Assembly: GCA_043228905.1 (NCBI GenBank)
Contig: JBHGNT010000002.1
Span: 27,280,001-27,344,000, forward strand
Direction of reading: 5' to 3'
From: Azolla caroliniana
Taxonomy: Eukaryota; Plantae; Polypodiophyta
DNA: 64,000 nt
Part shown: in pieces, positions 24,959 to 36,800 of the stretch
Numbering within the stretch: the stretch's first letter is position 1
Layout: every line of letters starts with the position of its first letter
Program-made: the position numbers and the translations under genes
The notes under the pieces: model-generated
What the model saw: only the letters and a program-made list of their open reading frames with translations
What the model was told of the DNA's origin: nothing
The model's database searches: none

Positions 24959-27900
24959 ATGTCGTATGAAGAGGAGGCACCGGTCAGTTGTAAGCGCCCT
25001 CGTACAAGGTCAGTTACGAAGGTAGGGCACCAAGCGTTCATTACGCAAGAACAGCCGGAATCAAGCACAAAGTGGTCGAAACTCCCTGACTTATCCGATC
25101 AATTACCTTCAGACGAAAAACAGACGGAAGAGGTATCGTTTTACGACATTTGGGACGATATGCCTTATACTTATTCTAAGTTCCGGGAAGGAACAGATGC
25201 AGAAGCACATGTTAGGGATTTCTTAACGACATGGGAGATTAACCATGGAGCTCAGCGATTGTCGGCAGATGCCGAAGATAAGTCAAAAATCGCTGAGTTT
25301 GTCTTATCATTAGACGGATATTCCGCTAATTGGTTTGCGCAGAACGGTCTTCAAGGATTTCCATCCTTCGAAGTATTAACTAGTAAATTTTTACAATTAT
25401 TTCATCAACAAATTCCGCAGAAGGATTTGATTGCGCAATTTTATGCGTTATATCAAGAAAAAAATGAAACAGTATCTCAGTTTGTGATACGATTTCAGAA
25501 CTTACAGCTTCAGATTTCAAGACCGATTCCGGATAAAGAATTAAAAGAAGTCTTTCTAGAAGCTGTAAAAGAACCATTAAGGACGACATTGAAAGTGTTC
25601 GATTTTCGAAATCAGACTATCGAACAAGTCATTGATAAAGCAATAGAAATGGGTCGACCACCGGTCAATGTTCAGAGTATGGACATGTCGGCATTACACC
25701 GTACATTACCAACAATGGAGGAGTTACAATTTCGACAAGCAGTGCAATGCACCACTTGTTTAAATACGGGGCATTCGGCAATTGACTGTACGTTAAGAAC
25801 ACATTGTACAATATGTCATTCAAAATTACATTCCGTAGAACAATGTGAATATAATCTGCTTAATAAGACTACGGCGTCAGTATGACAAATTTTTGCTGAC
25901 AATGGTTACCAAAATAACACTAATCTGTTCAATGGTTATCAAAATAATAATTTTTCACAAAATCAGCAAAATGTACAACAGAACCCGGTTCTACAGCCAA
26001 ATCAGATCTTTTCACAACAAAATTTGCAACCCACTCCAGTGACTCAAGCATTTCAACCAAGTTTTGCTCAATCCAACCCACCATTCGTACAGAATCCGAA
26101 CCAATATTTTCAACAAAATAATCAAAGTTTCCAACAAGGTAATCCACCATTTCAAGGGTTTCAACAGAACTGTCCGAATGTGCAACCGAATTCTACATTT
26201 CAACCAAATCCGGCATTTCAACCGGGTAATATGACTTTTCAACATAATACTCAAACTGTTCCACAAAATAATCAAATGTTTCAACAGAGTAATTTTTCGC
26301 CAAATCAGGAGTTCGGGATACCACATAATATAGTACAACCAAATGATAATACTGAACAATTTAGGCCGAATAGGTATAAAAACAAGCGATTTTACAAACC
26401 AAAAGCTACACGCCAATACCAACAAAACTCGAATGGTAATGAAGAGCAGCAATTTAATAACGGGCAATTTGCACATGGAGAGACCAGTGCAACATTTGTG
26501 CCCACTTGTTACATTTGTCGACAACTAGGTCATTATGCTAATCAATGTCCGGTTAAAGGAAAGGGTCCAGCAGTTAATATGGTAATACCGGAAGTTCAGC
26601 AAGTAACGACACGCAGCAAAAGCAAACAATCAGAGTGGGAAATTCAGGAAGAAGTTCGGAAGGCCGCAAAGGAATGGGTAGATGAAGCAAATCAAAGTAA
26701 TGTCAATCGAATGTTACAAGATAATAACATCGACCAGGACATCGCTGTACAACAGTCATTGGAGAATAAGGAACAGGAAGAAACTTGGAAACTGTTGGCT
26801 GATTGTCAAGTATCATTACCACTTAAGGGCTTACTTAAGTTAGTACCAAGGTTTACAGAAAAAGTGGCAGCATTAATTACATATAAAGGTTCCGAACAAA
26901 TAGCAGTACACTACAATCAGCCAAGTAATAACCCTTCGATCATGGATGAACAGAATCCGTCTATTAAGGTAATACTTTACGGGCAAGAAATCGGAAATGT
27001 GATTATAGATGGAGGCTCGGGTGTTAATGTGATTAACAAAACTACATGTGAAAAACTGGGAATCACGGAATGGGAAGCATGTCCGTTTTGGTTACGAATG
27101 GCAGATACAAGTACGGTACGACCGATTGGTTTGCTTCGACAACTGGATGTAATAATCGGGGGACACAGTTTTCAGATTTCGGCAGTAATTTTGCAGTTAG
27201 AAGCATAGGGAGCATACCCCTTGTTATTGGGGAGACCATGGTTAAAGACAGCTAATATTAAACAAAATTGGAAACAAAATGTGCTAACATTTAGAAAAGG
27301 AAAAAACAAGGTCAGGATTCCGACGCACAACAAAGTGACAACAAGCAAACAGAGTTTACCTGTATATGCAGAAGCAGTTAATATGATGGAAGGATTAGAC
27401 GAGGAAGAAGAAAGTCAGTATTTTGATGATAATCAAAAAATAATCCCTCTATTTGAGGTAGATATTTTGCAAGCATTAACACCATATGTAGACTCAAACG
27501 AAGAAGTGCCAATCGATGAGCAAACAATAAAAGAAATACGGATGCAACAAGAAGCTACAGATAAGGAATTGCAGGTATCCCAGAGAGTGCAAGCCTCAGC
27601 ATTGGAGGAAATTGATTTGGCAGGAGTAGAGGATGCTGAAAGAAAAACAATCTTGATTGCTAGAGATTTGATGGAAAATGACAAACGGACATTAACAACA
27701 TTACTATTACAATATAAAGATGTTTTTGCATGGTCCTTTGACGATATGAAAGGTTTGGATCCCGCTTTTTGTCAACATCAAATCAATTTGCATAAAGATG
27801 CAAAGCCAGTACAACAACGCAGGTACAGGTTGAATCCGAATTATGCTATCAAAGTAAAAGAAGAAATCGATAAACTCTTAAAAGTAGGATTTATTCGACC

Positions 27901-30451
27901 CGTCAAAAAATCAACATGGCTGAGTCCGATAGTAGTCGTTCCGAAAAAGAATGGGAAAATTCGTGTATGTGTGGATTACAGAAAATTGAATGCAGCGACA
28001 ATTACGGATGCGTTTCCATTACCATTCACAGATGGGATATTAGATGCAGTAGCGGGACATGAAATTTATAGTTTCTTGGATGGCTTCAGTGGGTACAACC
28101 AGGTACGGATGAATCCGGAAGATCAGGAAAAGACAGCTTTCGTCACAGAATGGGGTGTCTTTGTGGCAGTAGTCATGATGTTCGGTTTAAAAACAGCTCC
28201 AGCTACATTTCAGCGGGTAATACAGGAAATATTCGGGGAATATATTCCAGCTTTCATGCAGGTGTTTTTAGACGATTTTGCAGTATATAGTCGGAAAGTG
28301 GATCATTTTGAGCATTTACGGCTATGTTTAGAAAAATGTCGAAAAGGGCGTCTTAGTTTAAATCCAGCCAAATGCGCATTCGGGGTAATGAGTGGTACAT
28401 TACTTGGGCATATTGTCAGTCAAGAAGGGATTGCAGTGGACCCAGATAAAGTTAAAGCAATTATTGAGGCAACACCACCAACAAATGCTAAAGCTCTAAG
28501 TAGATTTTTGGGTCAAATTCGGTGGCACAGTAGAATGATGAGATATCTAGCAGACATTGCTATTCCGTTACACACAGCCGTACACAAAGTTCCTTTTATA
28601 TGGACAAGTATAGAACAAGATGCGTACGAATGTCTCAAGAAGATGCTAACGAACGTACCGGTAGTTCAACCACCGGACTGGAACAAACCATTTCATGTTT
28701 TCGTCGATGCATCGGACATTGCCATAGGCAGTGCTTTAATGCAATTATCCGAACCAAACTGGTATAGGCCGGTATACTATGCCAGTAGGAAACTTTCGTC
28801 GGCCGAAAGAAACTATTCAACAACCGAAAGAGAAGCTTTGGGAATGATATATAGTGTGAACAAATTTCGACATTACCTTTTGGGTAAGAAATTTACATTT
28901 CATGTGGATCATTCGGCTTTACTGTATCTAGTTTCCAAACAAGAATTGACAGGCAAGTTGGCCCGATGGACATTATTGCTTCAAGAGTTTGAGTTTGACA
29001 TTATACACCGACCAGGAGCACAACACGCAATTGCTGACTATCTCAGTCGGCTTGAGTCTGGAGAAGAAGCGGTTGGGGTTAAAGATGATTTTCCAGATAC
29101 TCAATTATTTCGGGTGGAGGCCGTAAAAGCACATGAAGTGAATGAGGAAAAAGAGGATGAATGGATTTCCGAAATGACGATATTTCTATCAACAGGAATT
29201 CCGGCCGAACACATGTCGACAGATGAAAGAAAAAGAATTGCAGTACGAAGTCGGAATTTTTGTTTATTTAATGACATGTTGTATCATAAAGGAGCGGATG
29301 GAATATGGCGAAGGGCAGTACGAAAATTTGAAAAATCAGCCATATTAACAGAGTCACATTGTGGAATTGCTGGCGGTCATTACGCAGGAGAAGCAACAGC
29401 CAGAAAAATATGGAATAGCGGGTTATGGTGGCCAACGGTGATGAAAGATGCTAACGAATATTGTAAAAAATGCGATTTGTGTCAAAGAATGGGGCAACCA
29501 ACCGAAAAGGATCGAATGCCTTTTCAACCGGTTTTACCTCTTGAGCCATTTCAGAAATGGGGCTTAGATTTTGTTGGCCCATTCAAACCAGCAGCTGCAA
29601 GAAGCGGTAATCGATATATCATAATTGCGACTGACTATTGCACAAAATGGGTTGAAGCAAAAGCTCTCAGGGACAATACGGCAGCATCCACAGCAAAATT
29701 CCTATATGAGTATATATGGTGTCGATTCGGTTGCCCAATAGAATTGGTAAGCGATCAAGGCACTCATTTTATTAACAAGTTAATTAACGAATTAACCAAT
29801 TACTATGCCGTAGTTCATAAGAAAAGTACGCCTTACTATCCCCAAGCTAATGGATTGGCAGAATCGACAAATAAAACAATTCAAACAATTTTAAAGAAGA
29901 TAGTGAATGAAAATCGTACTGATTGGGATCAAAAGTTAAATAGTGCATTATGGGCATATCGTACTTCGTACAAAACATCCATTAAATCAACACCTTTCCG
30001 AATGGCATTCGGACTCGAAGCCGTTATGCCAATCGAATTTCAAATTCCGACACTTCGTATCCAAGCAACGAATAAGTTAAATGAAATAGAATCGGAGCAG
30101 ATACGCAAAGAGGCTTTATTAGTATTGGAAGAAGAACGGATTCAAGCAATGTCAGCACTAGAACACAAGCAGAGACAAATCAAGGCATTCGTAAACCGAC
30201 ATCGAAGGAAATCGGAAGAGCAATTCGAAATTGGGAAACCGGTATTGGTATTCCAGACGAGAATGGGACTTATGCCTGGGAAACTCCGGTATAGATGGAC
30301 AGGTCCAGTATGGATAATTAATAGTAAAAATGGTACGTACCAACTGGGATCATTAACCGGAGAGGTTTTACCAAAATGGGTAAATGGATTTCGGCTTAAA
30401 CCGTATTTGGGAGATATGCCGGTAAATCCGTTTATTCAAACGGAAGAGTAA
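24959..30451 (+). pseudogene. Single-frame Gag-PR-RT-RNase H-IN polyprotein with two in-frame stops
   Basis: Three ORFs share one frame, separated only by TGA (25883) and TAG (27206). Motifs: three CCHC knuckles, IIDGGSGVN, FLDDF, VDASD, WGLDFVGP, YPQANGLAE. Confidence 0.93.
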
Positions 30452-30652
30452 AGAGTAAAAAATAAAAAAATAAAAATAAAAAATAAAAAAATAAAAAAAA
30501 AAAGTGAAATACAATCTTGCCATAAACAATATGAATCGACTATAAATAGAAAGAGGAATTGCATGATTATTAGTAACAAGTACAACCACTACACGTAGAG
30601 TGAATACTAATTAATTCCTACATTAATAGTAATTACTATTCTTTAAGTCATC

Positions 30653-33280
30653 ATGCATAAATTAATATCTTTAAAACATATTTCTGTATCGTCTGTATCG
30701 CCAAAACAACGAAAACGAGTGCAGATATCGAAACAGTCTGAGCTTCCTTCGTGCCCTAGATCGCCCAAACTCTGTTTTTCTGATTTTCATCACTACAGAA
30801 ACTGTGCAGATCCGCAACTGTCATCGACAAGTGATTCAGAACAAGGAAACACAGAAGTCATGCCGATTCCTGTATCTGAAGAACTGCGATTGTGGCTTCA
30901 TGAGAGAAACTTACAAGGTTTCATCAAAATAGCAGAAGCGGAACCTCATCCGCAGGCGGAAGAATTGATACAACAAATAGACATCACCAAAATCACAACA
31001 AAGAAAATACGAAATGCATTACAGATGCCAAGAGGAGGTTTTGAGGCAGTTAAAAAACCTTCATCAGAAGCACTCCAATCGTATTTCGGGGAATACTCAC
31101 CCTCGGCAAAAGCATATCAGACTTATGGAGGTCGGGATGAGTTTTTTCATGAAGTGGCTAGATTTTTATTAGAGGTGGGATTTGTTAGTCCTCGTTTTTA
31201 TTGTATGCCGAAAAAAAGGGCTGGGTTTATCATAGCCGCATACGAAAAAGAGGATTTCAACTGGCCACTATTGTCGGGGGAAGCTCTGAGAGAGCAGCTA
31301 CAAGGGGTAAAAACAGGAAAACCGATGAAGCAAATTTTTGGCCGTTGGTTATCAGTATTGTTTCCGATTCAAGAATCGGAAACTCCTGTTCAGTCAAGAA
31401 GACCACCGATAATACAAGCACCACGAAGACACCGACAGCTAGTACATGAAGAATGGATAGAAGAAGAATCGGCACATGCCGATAATATACAAACAAATAT
31501 GTCTCAGTCGGAACCGCCTAGACCAGAGAATTCCGAAAACAGGCAACCGGAAACAGTTGACAATTTGAGAAACAAGCAACGGCCAACAGAAAATCGACAA
31601 AGAACAAGGATTAAACAAAAGGCTAATCGGCAATCCCAACCAGAAAACAGGGAGGGCTCAGCACCAAAAAGGCAACGCACAAATGAAAACTCGAATACGC
31701 CTGTGGTAACAGAAATATTAAAACCAGGGGATGAGAGCATTCCGACACAACCTCACCAAGGACAATCTTCAAAAGTAGCCATTCGGGAGGCACATGGATA
31801 CTTGGATATTCCACCAGCAGCACATGAATTAGCGGCCATTTTGCAGTTCGGAACTTCATACGAACTGGTTGAATGGTTGGCTAAAAGACTGACAGAAGTA
31901 TCAGAAAGGCTGGCTCAAGAACATAATGACCGAATAATGATACAGAAAGCTTTACGAGGAGTGTTGGAACCTCAAGAAAAAGCAGAGATAGAGAAAATAG
32001 GCCGGAAAAGAAGTGCACAGCATAGAGGGGAGGCTATTGAAATGCCCCCATTACATGAAGCACTGGTCGAAATTCATAAAGAATATGAAACGGCACGCAA
32101 AGCAGCCAGTGATATGGCTGAAAGATACAAAAGTGTATCAGCATCGGCGGAGGTGCTGAAGCATCAGTTTTGTAACATACAAGCAGAAAATAAAGAACTA
32201 AAGGAAAGTCTAAACAAATGGGAAACTCAGGCACGGCTTATGGTGTCGGAATCAGAATGGCAACAGAAATTAGAAGATACGGAGAAAGCACGACAAGCAG
32301 AAACAACAAGGGCCAACAATGCAGTATTTCGAACTATAGAGTTAGAAAAACAAATAGAAACCATTCAGAATGGTCAATACAAAGCTCTCGAAGAAAAAAA
32401 TCAAGTAATAAACGAATTACAGAAAAATCTAGAAGAAGCTAAGACGGCCAATCACACATATACCGAACAAATTGAAGAATTCGAAAGGTATATAGTGTCA
32501 CAGGAAAGTCAATTGACAGAAAAACAGCAGAATCTTGAAGAAGTCAACAGAAGAATGACGGAACAGCAGGAGGAATGGAGTAGAGAGAAATCGGCATTCG
32601 AACAACAACTGGACGAAATTCGGAAGATAGCGGAACAAAGACGGCTGGATATATATGTAGTCGAATCCAAATTAATGCGAGCTGAAAGTGAGAACCGAAC
32701 CACTATTACGGATTTACAGAAAGAGTTGCAAACCGCCCAGTACGTTGCAAGCATCACTAGGGACAAAGTGCAGCACATCATAGGTAAACATCGAAACCTA
32801 GCAAAGAAACTGATCGATGAATCCCTTGCGCAAGGATGGAAGTTATGGACAGCACAAGCAGCGGAATTACAGATATTGCGTGCCGACAAAAATAACCGTC
32901 AGGTACAAGGTGCAGGTTTTTTTAAAATGGCACAAAAGGATATTGACAATATACAAGAGGATATCATGAAAGATATGGATGAAATTGCGGCATTTTACAG
33001 AGAAGAAATTCAACGTATTATGCAAGAATTCGACAAAAATGATATAGGCACTTCCGTCCAGTTGGATAAAATTGAAGCCGAAAGAACCAGCAAGACTCCT
33101 GGTATTCAAGCTGCCGGAAGAAGTGAACCAGAGCAGCCAACCGAATCACAACCTGCTCCGAAGGAGGACTGTGACACAGACGAAGATGAAGAAGAAGATA
33201 TAGGTGGAATACATCCAAGGCCAGATGAACCTTCGATTTTTGATATTCTGAACGATTCGGATGAAGAGCTACAGGAATAG
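30653..33280 (+). CDS. Accessory 3' ORF (875 aa): globular N-terminal domain, disordered linker, long coiled coil
   Basis: Uninterrupted ORF between integrase and the 3' LTR, with TATAAAT at 30541. E/K/Q heptad-rich C-terminal half, PKRQR basic motif, no obvious TM segment. The true start may be the ATG at 30860. Confidence 0.85.
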   Translation: MHKLISLKHISVSSVSPKQRKRVQISKQSELPSCPRSPKLCFSDFHHYRNCADPQLSSTSDSEQGNTEVMPIPVSEELRLWLHERNLQGFIKIAEAEPHPQAEELIQQIDITKITTKKIRNALQMPRGGFEAVKKPSSEALQSYFGEYSPSAKAYQTYGGRDEFFHEVARFLLEVGFVSPRFYCMPKKRAGFIIAAYEKEDFNWPLLSGEALREQLQGVKTGKPMKQIFGRWLSVLFPIQESETPVQSRRPPIIQAPRRHRQLVHEEWIEEESAHADNIQTNMSQSEPPRPENSENRQPETVDNLRNKQRPTENRQRTRIKQKANRQSQPENREGSAPKRQRTNENSNTPVVTEILKPGDESIPTQPHQGQSSKVAIREAHGYLDIPPAAHELAAILQFGTSYELVEWLAKRLTEVSERLAQEHNDRIMIQKALRGVLEPQEKAEIEKIGRKRSAQHRGEAIEMPPLHEALVEIHKEYETARKAASDMAERYKSVSASAEVLKHQFCNIQAENKELKESLNKWETQARLMVSESEWQQKLEDTEKARQAETTRANNAVFRTIELEKQIETIQNGQYKALEEKNQVINELQKNLEEAKTANHTYTEQIEEFERYIVSQESQLTEKQQNLEEVNRRMTEQQEEWSREKSAFEQQLDEIRKIAEQRRLDIYVVESKLMRAESENRTTITDLQKELQTAQYVASITRDKVQHIIGKHRNLAKKLIDESLAQGWKLWTAQAAELQILRADKNNRQVQGAGFFKMAQKDIDNIQEDIMKDMDEIAAFYREEIQRIMQEFDKNDIGTSVQLDKIEAERTSKTPGIQAAGRSEPEQPTESQPAPKEDCDTDEDEEEDIGGIHPRPDEPSIFDILNDSDEELQE

Positions 33281-33324
33281 GCGTGGGTTCGCCGGACAAG
33301 GTCCTGGCCCACGTGCGTGCCAAG
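33281..33324 (+). other. tRNA-3'-half-like sequence occupying the PPT position
   Basis: GTGGG-TTCG-[16-nt hairpin]-CCCAC-GTGCGTG-CCA-AG lies directly before the 3' LTR. GCGTGCCAA is the reverse complement of the element's own PBS start. Confidence 0.75.
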
Positions 33325-33859
33325 TGTTACCCGGACCCGGACAGTCAGTTTTACCGAACAGGTGGGAAAGCGTCGAAAAACAGAGTCGGTTCGGATCGAC
33401 TGTTCAGATCAATGACTCAGCAGTAAAACGAAGAGAACTAAGTTAGTTAGATAATTTTGTAAATCTTGTTAGAGAGTAGGAATAGTTCTTGATGAGAAAA
33501 GACCTTCGGTATACCTATAAAAGGGAACCAAAGGCATTGTAAGAAAGGTCGTTTTATTTAGTAATATAAGTTTAAGTTAGGAATATCTTGTACGGCTTCT
33601 GTGTTTCTTTGTTGTCTATGATCTTAAGTGCAAGCTTCCTAATTTATAGCTAAATAACGATCACGATAATTACCGATTAATATAGCAATTCCGTTCGTAA
33701 AACACAATTCCTTGTTAGAACGTTGAGTAGCGACGTTCACTCTTCTGTATCGGTAGTAGTTAGTAATTAGCCGATTAACAATCTAGCATACCACGATCCG
33801 CCGCGCACATAAGAAGAGCTTGAGTGCCTTCTTCACATTTTCTTAACAGGCCATATGCC

Positions 33860-36800
33860 TGACAGTAATATGCGGAATAGTGCTCGGCCACAACCGAGTC
33901 TTCAATCACTTCATGATAATCAAACACATAAAGAAATGGGAAATGGAAGTAATTTCACAGACAGAGGAGAATGCACAGGATGTTAATGTGGAAAACCCTA
34001 AATGGGAAAAACCACGGGAGTCCACAAACTCCAACTCTCACTATGCAAGGAGAATAAAGCAGGGGAACACAGAGGCAACGACCTCGTGCTCACACTCTTC
34101 GCCAGGCGGCGGTTACAACAGAGACTCACTCTGTCTCTGTCTCTCTCCCTCTCCCTCTTTCCTCTACTACACTCTGTACAACAGTTACACCAATAACTCT
34201 ATACAAAATAATGACAACTACCAATCGTGTTTCCCTTAGGTCATATTTATACTAATATAACTTTTGGGTTATTTACAAATATAGCCACAATGGGCTAACA
34301 GAAACATATTTACATCTATGTCCCTTCATCCAGTGAGAGGTTCTCAACGGGTCTTCCTTACCAAGTACTCATCATCCGGTTCTCACCGGGCCTTCATCAT
34401 CTCATCCGGAGGGACCGAAATCCTAACAAACTCCCCCTTCACTCCGGCATGGGATGCCTCGTCAGTCCAATTCGCTTCCCGCATGCGTCCAACTTGTCGG
34501 GTGTCAGCATCTTGGTCATCATATCTGACCCGTTCTCCTCCGTGTGGATTTTCGTCAGCACGAATTCTCGATCTTCTACTCGCTCTCGGATCCAGTAGTA
34601 CCTACGTTGGATGTGCTTTGTCCTGGAATGATAGGCAGGGTTCTTTGCCGGTATTCCTCTTGCCGGATCCCTAGCTCTCCGATGAAGTCCTTCATCCACA
34701 TTATTTCCTTGCCGGCTTCCACAACTGCCATGTACTCCGCTTCCGTGGTTGACAACGCAACCGTCTTCTGCAGCCTCGACTACCACGAAACAGCTCCCCC
34801 TGCATATGTCATGACATCCAGATGTTGATCGGCTGGTATCCACATCAGCCGACATATCCGAATCTGTGAAACCATCAAGTTGGAGTTTACCGGCGCCGAA
34901 TCGGAGGCACATACTTGAGGTGACTTTCAAGTACTAGAGTATCCATTTTACCGCATTCCAGTGCTCCTTGTCGGGATTGCTCATAAACCGGCTCACCACT
35001 CCGACTGCGTATCTGATATCCGGTCGGGTACACACCATTGCGTACATGAAGCTCCCGACGACAGAGGCATATGGTATCTTCATCATATCCGCCTTCTCTG
35101 CCTTCGTTTTTGGGCTTTGCTTACCGGATAGCCCGCAGTTTGTCAGGAGTGTTGATCCGACCGGTTTCGCATCGGACATGTTGAACCGCTGAAGCACCTT
35201 GTTGTCGGGTGGGGGGTGAAACCTAGAATGGCTTCACCCCCCTCCCAAGGGGGTTATGATAGTGAGAGAGCTAGAGAGAAAGACAAATACAAAATGACAC
35301 AAAATGAGGGGAAAAATGTCTATCCCATTATGCCCCATGGGTGGGGTTTATATAGTACAAGAGGTAACCGTTACAAATAAAGAATGAGACAAGTAGGGAG
35401 TTACATTACTTACCCACTTTCTCACCTTTGTACACATGCACACAAATATGCATGTGTTTATACACATACTCATCCTCATACATTCATTTATAATACACAT
35501 ACACATCAACCATATCATTCCACATACCCTTATGCCTCCCCGTATATTCTTACAGGTAACACACCTTTGTCACGTACTTCTCATGTGATAGCCACAATTG
35601 CTTCGTTGACCAATCCCGGATGATATGCATCCCCAGTATCTGTCTTGCTGGACCCAAGTCTTTCATTGAGAAGGTCTGGTTCAGGGCCTTCTTCAGCATC
35701 CGTATCTTGACTTGGTCTCGTCCGATGATCAACATGTCGTCCACGTATAGGAGCAATATCATGAAGTCTCCTCCGTCGAATTTCTTCACAAATACGCAGT
35801 GATCGGTCTGTGTCTTGTGGTACCCTTGGTCAGTCATGAAGGAGTCAAACTTCCGGTACCATTGCCGGGGAGCCTGCTTCAAACCGTAGAGGCTCTTCTT
35901 CAACCGGCAGACCAGGTGCTCCTTCCCTTTCTTCACAAATCCCTCCGGTTGCTACATGTAGATCTCCTATTCGAGGTCGCCGTGGAGGAATGTCATCTTC
36001 ATGTCCAACTGCTCTACCTCGAGGTCCATGCTTGCCGCTATACTCAGCACCGTCTAGATGGAAGTAATCTTCATTACCAGGGCAAATATCTTGTCGAATT
36101 CCACGGCCTTCTTTTGCTTGAACCCCTTCACCACAATCGTGGCTTTGTACCTTGGGGGGTTGCCGGCATCTCCTAGTTTCAACTTGTACACCCACTTATT
36201 TCGGAGTGCCCGCTTTCCTTTCGGCAACTCCACTAGTTCATATGTGTGGTTCTCACGCAGGGAATCCATCTCTTCTTGCATGGCACTCAACCACTTGCGG
36301 CTGTGGGTGTCCTCCTTTGCTTCTTCGAAGCTTTCCGGCTCCCCCTCATCGGTTAGCAGCACGCGCTCTACATCCGGAAATCTCCAGGGGGGCCTTCTCT
36401 CTCGGAGAGGATATCTCTGTACTCGGTTTTCGGCAACTGGCTCCTCTGTCTGTTCTTCATCCAAATCTGATTCGAGGTCATGTCCGATTCCGGTTTCAGC
36501 TTCCTCTCCTTCCTCTTCTGCCAGTCTGGTATCCTCATCGTAACCGGCCGGTTCTTCAAGTGTCAACCGGCTCTTAGCCGGGTAGGTCCGAATCTCATCG
36601 AACCGATCCTCCATGAAGATAATATCTCGACTCCGGAACACCTTCTTGTCAACAAGGTTCCACACTAGGTAACCGAACTCATCATCGCCGTATCTGAGGA
36701 ATATGCAAGCCCGGGACTTTGGATCCAACTTTGCTCTCCGATCCTTTGCAACATGCACATAAGCGAGACACCCAAACACCTTCAGATGCCGGTAAGACAC

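Larger units (their letters stand above)
24444..33780 (+). mobile_element. Very young non-chromovirus Ty3/Gypsy element with an extra 3' ORF
   Basis: 456-bp LTRs (24444-24899, 33325-33780) with one difference seen. 5-bp TSD ATCTA. PBS TGGCACGCCCGGT at 24911 (tRNA-Arg type). No chromodomain and no second RNase H. Confidence 0.97.
18922..33848 (+). mobile_element. Young full-length Copia element; its 3' LTR is interrupted by a Gypsy
   Basis: TSD GGCCA. 5' LTR 18922-19486, PBS TGGTATCAGAGC (iMet) 19487-19498, PPT GAGGGGGAG, and 3' LTR 23996-24443 plus 33786-33848. Confidence 0.97.

Noticed and set aside
25883-25891. Programmed readthrough at TGA-CAA (and TAG at 27206)
   Set aside because: Both stops are single C-to-T changes from CGA and CAG in methylatable contexts. 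The first lies within Gag and the second within the protease fold, so mutation is the simpler explanation. Sibling copies would settle it.
30653-33280. True retroviral envelope gene
   Set aside because: No signal peptide, transmembrane helix or furin/fusion-peptide layout is visible.
33281-33322. Functional tRNA gene
   Set aside because: Only the T-arm and 3' acceptor strand are represented. There is no D or anticodon arm, and CCA is encoded.
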